A stretch of 56,124 nucleotides of DNA from Macrostomum lignano (Eukaryota): NCBI GenBank assembly GCA_002269645.1, contig NIVC01000959.1:1-56124 (forward strand), given 5' to 3'. Both the position numbers and the translations under genes were made by a program. Below the pieces are notes generated by a model. That model did not search any database, had not been told where the DNA came from, and was given only the letters and a program-made list of their open reading frames with translations. Below are positions 20,049 through 30,845 of the stretch, piece after piece. Within the stretch, counting starts at the first letter, position 1, and the number at the start of each line of letters is the position of its first letter.

Positions 20049-20453
20049 ATGCAGTCGCACATTTTCATCAGCCTGTGCCTTGGCCTGGCCGCGGCAACCG
20101 TCGCCGTGTCGGGTGCCTCCATCGGCAACTACGAGATGTCGAAGCGGCAGACGGACGCCTGGAGCGGCCACAAGCTCGAGGTGCCGATCAAGTGGCGCAA
20201 GCGTGGCCCAGAGCTCATCATTGACCGGCTAGACAAACGCGGCCCCGAGATGCTGCTCCAGCGCCACTTGTCTGGCAAGCGATTCCACAAGCGCGGCCCG
20301 GAGCTCATCATCGACCGGCTAGACAAGCGCGGCCCGGAGCTCATCATTGACCGGCTGGACAAACGTGGCCCCGAGATGCTGCTCCAGCGTCACTTGTCTG
20401 GCAAGCGATTCCACAAGCGCGGCCCAGAGCTCATCATCGACCGGCTGGACTGA
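20049..20453 (+). CDS. Neuropeptide/peptide-hormone precursor A (134 aa, signal peptide, multiple KR-flanked peptides)
   Basis: Hydrophobic signal MQSHIFISLCLGLAAATVAVSG, then KR-delimited QTDAWSGHKLEVPIKW, GPELIIDRLD x4, GPEMLLQRHLS-GKR x2 (amidation signal) and FH x2. Repeat copies differ at synonymous sites (att/atc, cca/ccg/ccc, cgt/cgc). Confidence 0.92.
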   Translation: MQSHIFISLCLGLAAATVAVSGASIGNYEMSKRQTDAWSGHKLEVPIKWRKRGPELIIDRLDKRGPEMLLQRHLSGKRFHKRGPELIIDRLDKRGPELIIDRLDKRGPEMLLQRHLSGKRFHKRGPELIIDRLD

Positions 20454-20940
20454 GCCAAAGCTGAGGCGCAGTGCTCACTATGACTTCGATGCTGGACACT
20501 GGTTTTTCCCTGCTTGTTTCATCGTCTGGATCAGCTGGCAATTTAAAATAAATATACCCTTTAGCTTAAGGCATCGTGCTTGCACTTCTGATATACCATC
20601 TTGAGTGGCTGATAGCAAAAGCTAGACTGGTTCAGTAACAATTCACAAACATTAACGTGTGCCCATGAGCTATGCAACTTTTACTTAAAGAAGTCAGCAA
20701 ACAAGCCACATATTCAAACACTGCGAGTAGTGTATTTCTGGTGGTTACTCTGCGGTCAGTGTTACTGATTTTGTAAGGGGAGGGTCTGTAAAACTACAAA
20801 AAATATCGGCGGCTAAGGCTTTTAGTCACGGATAGCTCTGTCGGCCATCCGTTAAAAATTTACTTTTAACTTCATACGATAGAAAAACCTTCCGTAAAAG
20901 TGATTTTGTCACTGGACGAGTGACATTCAATGCAAACCTC

Positions 20941-22563
20941 GATGGGCCACTCAATACATTTGCATGCATGCTATTTTCAGTTCAGTAGTAAGTTAAACTG
21001 AACCATTTAAATGTATTTTTAAGACAAGACTCATTTATTTACTCTTACCCCCCGCTTAAACCCTCAAACTCCACACTGAACCTCTGCTTCAGTCTAAATC
21101 TGCCATGTACATTTTAGTGGCTAATGTACATTATGTCTAAATCTGCCATGTACATTTTAGTGGCTAATGTACATTATGGCTGAACCAATACCAATTAGCA
21201 AGCTGTTTACGCCTGCAAGCTTGGCTTCTAAACTTATCAGTCATTTCAGCTGCTATTCTTGTATGTATTATGTATTATGTATTGTGATAAATAGGCAATT
21301 AGATAATAGCATGCACGGTAAGCAATTATTTAGGCCCTAGACAAACCTACTTGGAGCGTTTGGAGATTTTAAAGCTATTAATCCTAATCGCCTATCGCCG
21401 GTCGGCGAGTTCTACCAGTCTTTCTCCAATAGCCGCAGGTACAGTACAAGAAAATAAAGAACACGAGAGAACACAAACCGAAAGATTTAGAGAGTGATAA
21501 TCCTATATGATACAACTGATAATTGGCTAGACGATTTAATTTGATTATTCAGGCTACAGGATTCAAGCAATTCGCGGCGCAGATAATTAGACTGATGATA
21601 ACGAATAATAACGATTAATAATAATGATTATATTACGCACTGACAAGCGGATCTCAGCTTGAAGAAGAAGAAGGAGGCACCGAACACAGGACCACGGAGA
21701 AAGACTCCTAACCCCTGGCCTAAGCCAGAACCTACTCTCAAACGAGAGCCCTGCCGAATCGACCGTTCAACGGAGTACCGACTGAATTCTATCGGCACTG
21801 CCCTTCAGTGTAACACTGAGGCCCTCGGGGTCGAGGCCGCGTACTTGATCAGATCCGACAGTCTCTATCTAACCGCGCTTGATAGCGACGACGTCAGACA
21901 AGGGTGCCGAATCGTTACGCTATAAGACTGAAGCGGTTGGGCGGGGAACAAAACACGGACCGGGGGTGATGAATTCAGGCGCCTCAAAGCGCGAACCAAC
22001 AAGAGAGGAGAAATCGGGCCACCGGCCGGGAAGCTGGACAAGACAAAACCGGGGAAAGAGAGGCGAGAAGTGAGATCCGATTGCCAAATACACTTTCATA
22101 TATAGTCAGAGTCACAAGCCCTCAAAACCCCCCTCAAGCCGGGTGGTGGTCGTCTGGCCGGCCGCTTGCTTAAGCCGAATTGCACCGTGCCCGCGGCGCC
22201 GGGTAGAATTGAAACTTGCCGCGTGCCAGGGTCCAGGCCGGTTCTGATTGGCTGGCCGCGCAAAGCTGGGGTTCGCAGACAAACTCAATCCTCCGCTGAG
22301 TCACAAATTTGGCGTCTAACTCTAACCTGTTTACACAAAATTGATTCTAACTAACAAGGAAAAAGTACACCAAAAACGTATGACTAAACTAAAGCAAAAT
22401 AACAATTCAATAACAATATAGAAACGAATGCAGTCAATTTACAACAAAATACACGCAAAGATGCTCACACTACAGTATTCTTCTTTGCTACTGAACTGAA
22501 AGTAGAAAGCTGTTTTGCTAATTATATATGCCTGAGTGGCCCATCTAGTTTTTCTAGTATCCG
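20941..22563 (-). mobile_element. MITE-like element, copy 3, inverted and split by an insertion
   Basis: 20941-21282 is the reverse complement of the right/internal part; 22475-22563 is the reverse complement of the left end including its TIR (gcctgagtggcccatctagtttttctagtatccgtg). Confidence 0.7.
21283..22474. mobile_element. Solo-LTR-like insertion (~1.19 kb) nested in MITE copy 3
   Basis: Begins TGT (TGTGATAAATAGG), ends ACA (CACACTACA), flanked by GTAT at 21279-21282 and 22475-22478. The MITE consensus resumes after it. Contains AATAAA (+, 21453) and CCAAT/TATA-like motifs on the minus strand; no long ORF. Confidence 0.6.
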
Positions 22564-23896
22564 TGCACAAACCCGAGAAGTTATAAATGCCTCGAGAAAG
22601 TTTTCTAAAAATCTGCGAGGTCAGTTGGCATCGGATTAACAACGTCCGCCTGGAAGTCGGACTGGGAGACATTCGAATATTGAGCTAAGCATAGGCTAAG
22701 ATGTAACAGAAACAGCTGGAACGAGAAGGAATTGCATGTTATTTTAAAGAATAACTTAAGTCTTATTCAACTCCTAATCGCAAGATACTCAGGTCAGTTT
22801 TTACCGACTCACTGTGTGTCAAGATTGCCTGGCCAGGGTATGCTACTATACTCCCATTGACTGCAGCGGGTTGTTTTTGTTTCTGTACGCGTATCTTTCT
22901 TGCCACCAAACGCTTGGCTAGCTAAGTTGGGGCTCAGGAGCCCACAAATATATGGTAAAACTGGACGGCCGGCCTCCAGTCTTGGACACGTCTCATTCGT
23001 CTGTGCCACCTCGGGAGCCACTTCCCATGGAAAATACTCGTAGCTACTCGAACACTTGCAATCTGACTTCGTCATCAGAAAGATCATCAGGGACCTCTTG
23101 CTTACTGCAACCGGTACCAGCTCTGCATTTCCTAAGGGAGTTTTTCAAGCGTAAAAAGCTTTGAGGTTACTTGCAGTAGTCACTTGCTAAAAGATACAAG
23201 CTATACTGTTGACTTTGCAGAGAAAATGTTTCCGCTTTTGCGCTTCTATTCGCTTAAAAATAATTTCATTTAAAGCAAGTCGTTTCGGAATTGAAGGGCT
23301 GGGAGATGTGCAAAAATAGTGAAGCAGAGGGTGCTTGTCCTCGTGCTCAATGGGGGCGGAGGCAGTTTTAGAGCAGTTTCCCTACTGCAACAGGCGATTG
23401 GCCCGGGAAGTGAAGGAGAGAAGGTCTACCATCCCCCAGTGCGACTTCTCCGAGGAATAAATTTCTCCAAAACGGGGCGCTGCGTGGGAGTCGCTGCTGT
23501 TGCTGTTTCTATCGCTGACACTGCCGCGCGAGTTGCTCATCCGCCCTGCCTCTTTCTGCTAGCTGCAGCGAGTTCGAAGTATTGGGTAAGCTGCGACGCT
23601 TGATGAAAGTGGGGGGGGGGGCGGGGAAGTCAGCGGCTGGTGCTTTCTAGATGAGCTGCAATTTCCAGAAAAGTTCTGACCCGGATGCAGCTCTGCACTA
23701 TTGAACTTTGGACAGTTAATCCGAAAAATTGCTTTACTGCTGTTTTAAGGCTAGAAAAGAGCTGGCTTGCAATAATAACCTGCAAAAACATGGCAGTGTG
23801 AAACAAGCTGATTTATGCTTTGATTGACCTCGCATGACCTCACATAAATAAAAAGCGACGAAAAATTAGCCCCATAGATCAAAACGTTTATTGAGA

Positions 23897-24345
23897 ATGT
23901 GCATCCGTGATCCCAAGAAGCAGTTTAGAATGCGCATCCGTGATCCCAAGAAGCAGTTTAGAATGCGCATCCGTGATCCCAAGAAGCAGTTTAGAATGCG
24001 CATCCGTGATCCCAAGAAGCAGTTTAGAATGCGCATCCGTGATCGCAAGAAGCAGTTTAGAATGCGCATCCGTGATCCCAAGAAGCAGTTTAGAATGCGC
24101 ATCCGTGATCCCAAGAAGCAGTTTAGAATGCGCATCCGTGATCCCAAGAAGCAGTTTAGAATGCGCATCCGTGATCCCAAGATGCAGTTTAGAATGCGCA
24201 TCCGTGATCGCAAGAAGCAGTTTAGAATGCGCATCCGTGATCCCAAGAAGCAGTTTAGAATGCGCATCCGTGATCCCAAGAAGCAGTTTAGAATTTGCAT
24301 CCGTGATCCCAAGAAGCAGTTTAGAATGCGCATCCGTGATCCTAA
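23897..24345 (+). repeat. 33-bp minisatellite (GCATCCGTGATCCCAAGAAGCAGTTTAGAATGC), ~13-14 copies
   Basis: Direct inspection; in the putative 5'UTR intron of precursor B. Confidence 0.97.
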
Positions 24346-24397
24346 ATGTATGATCTTAAATTTCCTCTTATCCACTGCCCCAGCAGGCAAAAGGAAA

Positions 24398-24688
24398 ATG
24401 TCAGCTTGGCTCCCAGTTCTCTTGGGCCTAGTGCTCCTTGTCACTGTGTCAGCTGCTCCGGCCGCCAACGCCGACAAGCTTCAGGCTGCCTCGGGCCATC
24501 GGATGAAGCGGCAGACGGACGCGTGGAACGGGCACATCATCGATCTTGGCCGCAAGCGTCGCCGCTGGACCAACAGCGAAGCCGTCGTCGAATCGCCGCG
24601 TTGGCGTCGCGTCCCCTCGCGCTTGGGACCGCGCCGCGGATGGCTGCACGACAACGACGGCGACCTCTTGGTGATGGAAGACTATTGA
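24398..24688 (+). CDS. Neuropeptide precursor B (96 aa), paralog of precursor A
   Basis: Signal MSAWLPVLLGLVLLVTVSA; KR-QTDAWNGHIIDLG-RKRRR (predicted pQ...L-amide); further RR sites. Acceptor ...tccactgccccag(cag) just upstream; candidate upstream donor attgg|gtaagc at 23586. Confidence 0.85.
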   Translation: MSAWLPVLLGLVLLVTVSAAPAANADKLQAASGHRMKRQTDAWNGHIIDLGRKRRRWTNSEAVVESPRWRRVPSRLGPRRGWLHDNDGDLLVMEDY

Positions 24689-25167
24689 AAGAGACTGTCC
24701 TGAGCACTAAGGGCTAAAATATATCAATTAAGCATTGCAGATGGCTTAGAAATAGAATCGGATAAAATGTGATCTCTTCTGACAGAACCGATCGGCTTTG
24801 TTGTTGTTCGAATTTGCTCGAGTCGAGTTCTGCAGATTCTCATCGCTGATGCCATTGTGTGCTCAAGGCTTCACCTGAGTAATTGCAGTCAGATAATTCA
24901 CAATCTCCAGTGTCTGAAATCAACTCGAGCATGAATTGCAACTCGTTAGCGAGAGTACCATTGTCACTGCAAGTCGCTATTGTCAGTGTTAGACTGCTGT
25001 TATCAATAGAACTCTGTTATTTTTGGCCCGCTGGATACATTTTTTATGAGTATTTTTCATCCCTGGAAAGTCAGGCGTGAAAATAGGGATGCCAGCTTTG
25101 CAAGCCAAGGGTTTCCTATGGTTCCAGCTATACGAGTGCTGACAGCCTTGAATGCAGCGCAATAGAG

Positions 25168-25330
25168 GGGCAGAGCAGCTCAGCGGTAACGGCTGACTCT
25201 CGCGCCACCGACCCCTGGTTCGATTCCGTGCGCGACCGAATTCATTGGGGGCTTGTCGTGGAAAGTCAAAGAGCCGCTGTGCACCCTGTGTGAGCGTGTG
25301 CATGAGGGCGTGCCTGCGTACAGTATTGGC
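25168..25330 (+). mobile_element. tRNA-derived SINE-like element, copy 1
   Basis: A-box-like AGCTCAGCGGTA, B-box GGTTCGATTCC (25217-25227), then a body (ccgaattcatt...ccgctgtgcaccctgtgtgagcgtgtg...gcgtgcctgcgtacagta) shared with 27340-27570. Confidence 0.6.
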
Positions 25331-25923
25331 GCCCAAAACAGCGAAGCAATGAACGCAAGTTCTCAATGAATACAAGAACAGATCCAATGTCAGGAGTGCA
25401 AGATGGCGATGTCCAAAAATAACATTGCTCCAGTATGCTCGCAGTCTCAGTCAACAATAGGACACTTGCATGTTTACACTGAGAAAGCTGGTGAAGAGGT
25501 CCGCAAGTGACTATCATTTTACCGACGCGGATGCCCCCGGACATAGCTACTCACTACGCGAAAGGAACTTCTGTATACCTCAGGCCTCTGCGATGATTCT
25601 TCAAATTTGCAGTAAACTGCTCATACATGTAGTGAAGCGTCCTTCAAAGCGACCTGCTGCTCCATCGGCAACTCCAGCTGACGCTGACGCTGCAGGCACC
25701 CTATTCACCGACTGCCTGCTGGCTGTGATTCTTACGATTCTTCGGTTTAAGACGCGTCTTGTGATGTTGTTTGTAAAGATATTCTATATTGTTTTCTAAT
25801 TACCGGTATATTTTCAACGGCCTACTTTGCTGTTGCATTTTGCACCAAGAGCAGTAAAGTGTTAGAAACACTGAGTAGCTGTCACGGTACTGCCACACTA
25901 CCCCTTGATGCTCACTCCCTTTT

Positions 25924-25929
<6 letters not shown>

Positions 25930-25954
<25 letters not shown>

Positions 25955-25976
25955 CTCTCTCTCTCCTCTCTCTCTT

Positions 25977-26012
<36 letters not shown>

Positions 26013-26232
26013 CTCTTTCTCTCTCTCTCCTCTCTCTCTTTCCCTCTCTCTCTCTCGGTTCGATCTTATTCTTATGCTCGTAGAAGCCCCTTCGGGTCAT
26101 CAACCGATAACTAAAGTTAGTGACAACCTAGCCTAACCTAACCTTACCTAACCTAATCTAACCTAACTTAACCTAACCTTACCTTACCTTACCTAACCTT
26201 ACCTTACCTTACCTTACCTTACCTTACCTTAC
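25930..26232 (+). repeat. (CT)n tract (25930-26056) and (ACCTT/ACCTA)n pentamer tract (26128-26232)
   Basis: Direct inspection. Confidence 0.93.
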
Positions 26233-26928
26233 CTTACCTTACCTTACCTAAACGAACCTAACTCGGATTGCAGGTCAACTGGCCTCTATCCAATTCAAAG
26301 ACATGACATTGACTGCTACGGTAGGCCGGCAACGGTCTGCAGCTAATTAAAAAAAGCCAAACCTACGTGAGACTCTCAGCTGTGAGGGTCTCATGTGGCC
26401 GGGCGAAATTTTGAGTTGGCCAAAAAATTCTTGAAAGCAATTATTAAAAAATAGAAGACGAGGGGGCACTTGGAGAGAGATGAAGAGCATTGAGCCAACT
26501 GCTGATGAGGCTCGCGGAGGCGGCTGAAGATGCTCGGAAAATTTGCTGCCCGAGGGAGGCTCTTGCGACTTGGCAACACGAAAGCCGCCTCATCAGTAAA
26601 GTTGGCCTACAGAAAACTAGAAGCTATTCGACAAGTTAATGCGAAATTTGTTTGCGCGTTAGAGAAATTTCTCCGTTTATCTATTTAGAAGACATTTCAA
26701 GGGCGCGAATTTCAGCACAAAAAATATTCAGTCTTTATCAGCTGCCGCGGCTGGGTGAAAAGCATAGCAAAGCCGCACATAAAAACTGGTACACGCTGCA
26801 CCGCACCCTCCCCACGGTGTCCAGCTGGGCTTTGCTTGAACTGCTTTTTAACTTGACCTTGACCAGCCTCCAGACTAAGGCAGATTCGACTCTGCGCTCT
26901 CTCGCCTGGCTTTCTAAGCAAAGTAAAG

Positions 26929-29611
26929 ATGAACAGTCTGGAGTACCGCCTTGCCGCTCTGGCTGACAAGGAGCAGGTGTCCGTGTGCCACGGGGACGAT
27001 CCCGGCACCATCTACAATGGCCTGGACTATGTGCCGCAGAGGTACCGCATGGCCCTGTCCAGCAGTAACAAAATCTGCGGCCTCTGCTTTGACAGGCAAG
27101 CTGGTAGAGTGGTGAGTGGAACTCGCCGATCAAAAGAGTCAACCAACATTTGCTGAATGTTTCACAACAAACTGACTACGAGCCGTATTCGTACCAGGGT
27201 TGCGGGCATCCTGGTCAAACGTCCACAGTGTCCATCGTCTCAAAATCAGAGCTGAGGCAGTTTTGGCCATTCCCCTGACTCCTGAGTGCATGTGCTTCGA
27301 GTGCGCAGATAGTGTACACAGACACAAACTCATTCACACGTTCGCACAGCGTGTACAATGGCCTGACGACCTCTGGTTCGACTCCGTGTGTGGCCGAATT
27401 CATTTCCGGGCTTGTGCACGACAGTAGGCCGGCGGTTGTCGTTCGATCCGCACCCATGAGGGCCAGCCTCCAAGGCACAGAGACTGTACATGCCTGACGA
27501 TTAGAAAATCGGGGCCGCTGTGCACCCTGTGTGAGCGTGTGTGCGAGTGCGTGCCTGTGTACAGTACGCTCGTATTAACGCGCTTGTATGCGTGCTCAGG
27601 AGTCACACGGACGGGCAGAATTGCCTCAGCGCTTTCAGTTCAGAGTGCCCGCAGCTTGCCTGCGAGTGTTTATTTTTCTAATCAATCAGTCAGTCAGTCA
27701 GTCAGTCAGTCCATTCTTCACAAGTTCAGGTGGCCTACGGTCAAATCTTCGTATTCGACGGCGGGCGCCACATGCTGCTGACAGGCCTGCGGGTGCATCC
27801 GCTCTACCAGGGCCGCGGAATCGCCACCGAGCTTCGCAACTTTCTCTGCCGCGAGACGCGCAAGAAATTTCCGGAAGTGAGCCCGGAAGTTCGATTCGGC
27901 GTCTACAAGCCGCAGTTCAGCAGCGCGGAGTTCTTCGCTCAGAACTTGGACTACACCCTGATCTCGAAGAGGGTGAGAAATTTTATTGAGGCGGCAAAAT
28001 ATCCCCTATTTCTAACTCTTATAAGCATAACTGGGGCATTTTGTTATTTCTCTTTTCAGCACTATTACGTGGTAAGCCGCACGGAAGTTAAAGTTGTTTC
28101 AATATTTTGATTGGAGTCAAGGGAGACGCAGAGAGACATGGTGAGACACTGTGAGACACTGTGAGACACTGTGAGACACGTTGAGACACTGTGAGACATT
28201 GTGAGACACTGTGAGACATGGTGAGACACTCTGAGACACTGTGATACATGGTGAGACATTGTGAGACACTGTGAGACACTGTGAAACACTGTGAGACACT
28301 GAGACACTGTGAGACACTGTGATACATGGTGAGACACTGTGAGACACTGTGAGACACTGTGAGACACTGAGACACTGTGAGACACTGTGAGACGCTGAGA
28401 CACTGTGAGACACTGTGATACATGGTGAGACACGGTGAGACACGGTGAGACACTGTGAGACATGGTGAGACACTCTGAGACACTGTGAAACACTATGAGA
28501 CACTTACAGTCTCACAATAGTCAACTTCACAATGCCTCCCTCGCTAGACGGAGTTTCCCCTGTCCCAGCTGTCGCAGCTCCGTGACGCAATCTCCAGAGC
28601 CCGCAGCGCATCCGAGCTGCGCCATGCTCAGGAGGTCGTGTGGACCACCCGCAGCCGCCTGTACACCGCGATGCTGAAGGACTCGGCATTTCAGCAACTG
28701 TATAGTGGCTCCGTTATCTCCATCAACTTTGAGCTACTTGAACTGGACGAGTCTAACCTTGCTGTGCTGCCGGGAGACAGCGGAAGCGGCCCCGAAGGCG
28801 ATGACAACGCTCCGAACAGCGTCATGGTCGCCACGAACGACGGGCAGCTGGTGCTGGGGTACGGAAGCACTTTGTACTGCCGGAAGGGCCTGCGCGCGGA
28901 CTTTGACTTGTACTGCAATGGACTGGATAGGGGTGAGACCGGCCTGGATTGGTTGAATTGTGACCGGATTGAGATGTGATGATGGATGTACTTACTCACT
29001 GGCCTGGGACATTGGGGCGCCAACCGACAGGAGCGGCCCACAAAGAGATAGGGGCGCCTACCAAAAGACAGGGGGGCCAACCAAGTGACAGGGGCGCCCA
29101 CCAACTGACAGGGGCGCCAACCAAGAGACAAGGGCGCCAACCAAGTGACAGGGGCGCCAACCAAGAGACAAGGGCGCCAACCAAGAGACAGAGGCACCCA
29201 CCAAGAGGCCAAATATTTGCACCCATTGAGGTTGCAGCCCGTCCAATTAAAGTTCCCGCACTGTTTTTCAGTCCCTACATATAATTGCGAATTCTTTGCG
29301 AATTTTCAGCGGACTTCTCATCCGAGACCCTAGCTGGTCTGTGCTCAAGCCTGGTGATCGGCTTCCTGTCTCAGCTTCTAGCCACCGATGGTGAGCAACT
29401 GGCCGCAATTCCTGAGCAATCGTTGTCGTTGTTCGTTTCGCTCGACTGTTTCAGCGGCACCAGTTTGAGTCCGTGCTCAAACTGCGATTTGGAGTCGCGA
29501 TTGTCTGCCAGTCTCCAAAGCCTCATCAGCGAGGAGCTGATGCTCAGGCATCCGTTCTATTCCGAGGGCTGCCCCTACGCTCTGCTGAAGAGGAGAGTGC
29601 GATTGGATTGA
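26929..29611 (+). CDS. GNAT-family N-acetyltransferase, NAT16/histidine N-acetyltransferase-like, ~367 aa
   Basis: Exons 26929-27111, 27730-27972, 28060-28071 (microexon), 28569-28932, 29310-29611, phase-consistent. IYNGLDYVP N-terminal motif and LRVHPLYQGRGIA acetyl-CoA motif A resemble my recollection of the NAT16 family. Confidence 0.8.
27340..27570 (+). mobile_element. tRNA-derived SINE-like element, copy 2 (intron 1 of the GNAT gene)
   Basis: B-box GGTTCGACTCC (27375-27385), ccgaattcatt, and the same 3' body ccgctgtgcaccctgtgtgagcgtgtg...gcgtgcctgtgtacagta; carries extra internal sequence relative to copy 1. Confidence 0.55.
28128..28503 (+). repeat. 10-bp minisatellite (TGAGACACTG)
   Basis: Direct inspection; GNAT intron 3. 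Confidence 0.96.
29010..29205 (+). repeat. ~20-bp minisatellite (GGGGCGCCAACCAAGAGACA-like)
   Basis: Direct inspection; GNAT intron 4. Confidence 0.9.
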
Positions 29612-29744
29612 TGAGAGGAGGGTATCATGCACCTGATTGCACTGCTAATTGCACCGGATGCTTGCCTATGAGCTTACTGTGCTCAATGTACTGTCAAATA
29701 AAGTTAATAAATAACCTTTCATATGCGATGAGGCACAAAAAGAC

Positions 29745-30845
29745 ACGGTCAGGCACAGAAAGACACAGTGAGGCACAGGGAGACACGGTGAGGCACAGGG
29801 AGACACGGTGAGGCACAGGGAGACACGGTGAGGCACAGGGAGACACGATGAGGCACAGGGAGACACGATGAGGCACATGGAGACACGGTGAGGCACATGG
29901 AGACACGGTGAGGCACATGGCACATGGAGACACGGTGAGGCACAGAAATACGTGGTGAGGCACAGGGAGACACTGAGAGGCACATGGAGACACGGTGAGG
30001 CACATGGAGACACGGTGAGGCACAGGGAGACACGGTGAGGCACAGGGAGACACGGTGAGGCACAGGGAGACACGGTGAGGCACAGTGAGACACGGTGAGG
30101 CACATGGAGACACGGTGAGGCACAGGGAGACACGGTGAGGCACAGGGAGACACCGTGAGGCACAGGAGACACCGTGAGGCACATGGAGACACCGTGAGGC
30201 ACAGGGAGACACTGAGAGGCACAGGGAGACACGGTGAGGCACAGGGAGACACGGTGAGGCACAGGGAGACACGGAGAGGCACATGGAGACACCGTGAGGC
30301 ACAGGAGACACGGTGAGGCACAGGGAGACACGGTGAGGCACAGGGAGACACGGTGAGGCACAGGGAGACACCGTGAGGCACATGGAGACACCGTGAGGCA
30401 CAGGGAGACACGGTGAGGCACAGGGAGACACCGTGAGGCACAGGAGACACCGTGAGGCACATGGAGACACCGTGAGGCACAGGGAGACACCGTGAGGCAC
30501 AGGAGACACCGTGAGGCACAGGGAGACACGGTGAGGCACAGAGAGACACGGTGAGGCACAGGGAGACACTGAGAGGCACATGGAGACACCGTGAGGCACA
30601 GGAGACACGGTGAGGCACAGGAGACACGGTGAGGCACAGGGAGACACGGTGAGGCACAGGGAGACACGGTGAGGCACAGGGAGACATGGTGAGGCACAGG
30701 GAGACACGGTGAGGCACAGGGAGACATGGTGAGGCACAGGGAGACACGGTGAGGCACAGGGAGACACGGTGAGGCACAGGGAGACACGGTGAGGCACAGG
30801 AGACATGGTGAGGCACAGGGAGACACGGTGAGGCACAGGGAGACA
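29745..30845 (+). repeat. 20-bp minisatellite (GAGACACGGTGAGGCACAGG), ~55 copies
   Basis: Direct inspection; downstream of the GNAT stop. Confidence 0.97.

Noticed and set aside
20145-20195. GnRH/corazonin/AKH homology of pQTDAWSGH
   Set aside because: Only pyroGlu and an aromatic-S/N-G echo match. In that superfamily the peptide directly follows the signal peptide and has a different Trp position.
25168-25240. Functional tRNA gene
   Set aside because: T-stem and acceptor stem do not pair properly, and the sequence continues into a shared SINE-like body.
26400-26600. Minus-strand ORF resembling a mitochondrial presequence (MRRLSCCQVARASL...)
   Set aside because: I could not link it to downstream exons with consistent phase; unsupported.
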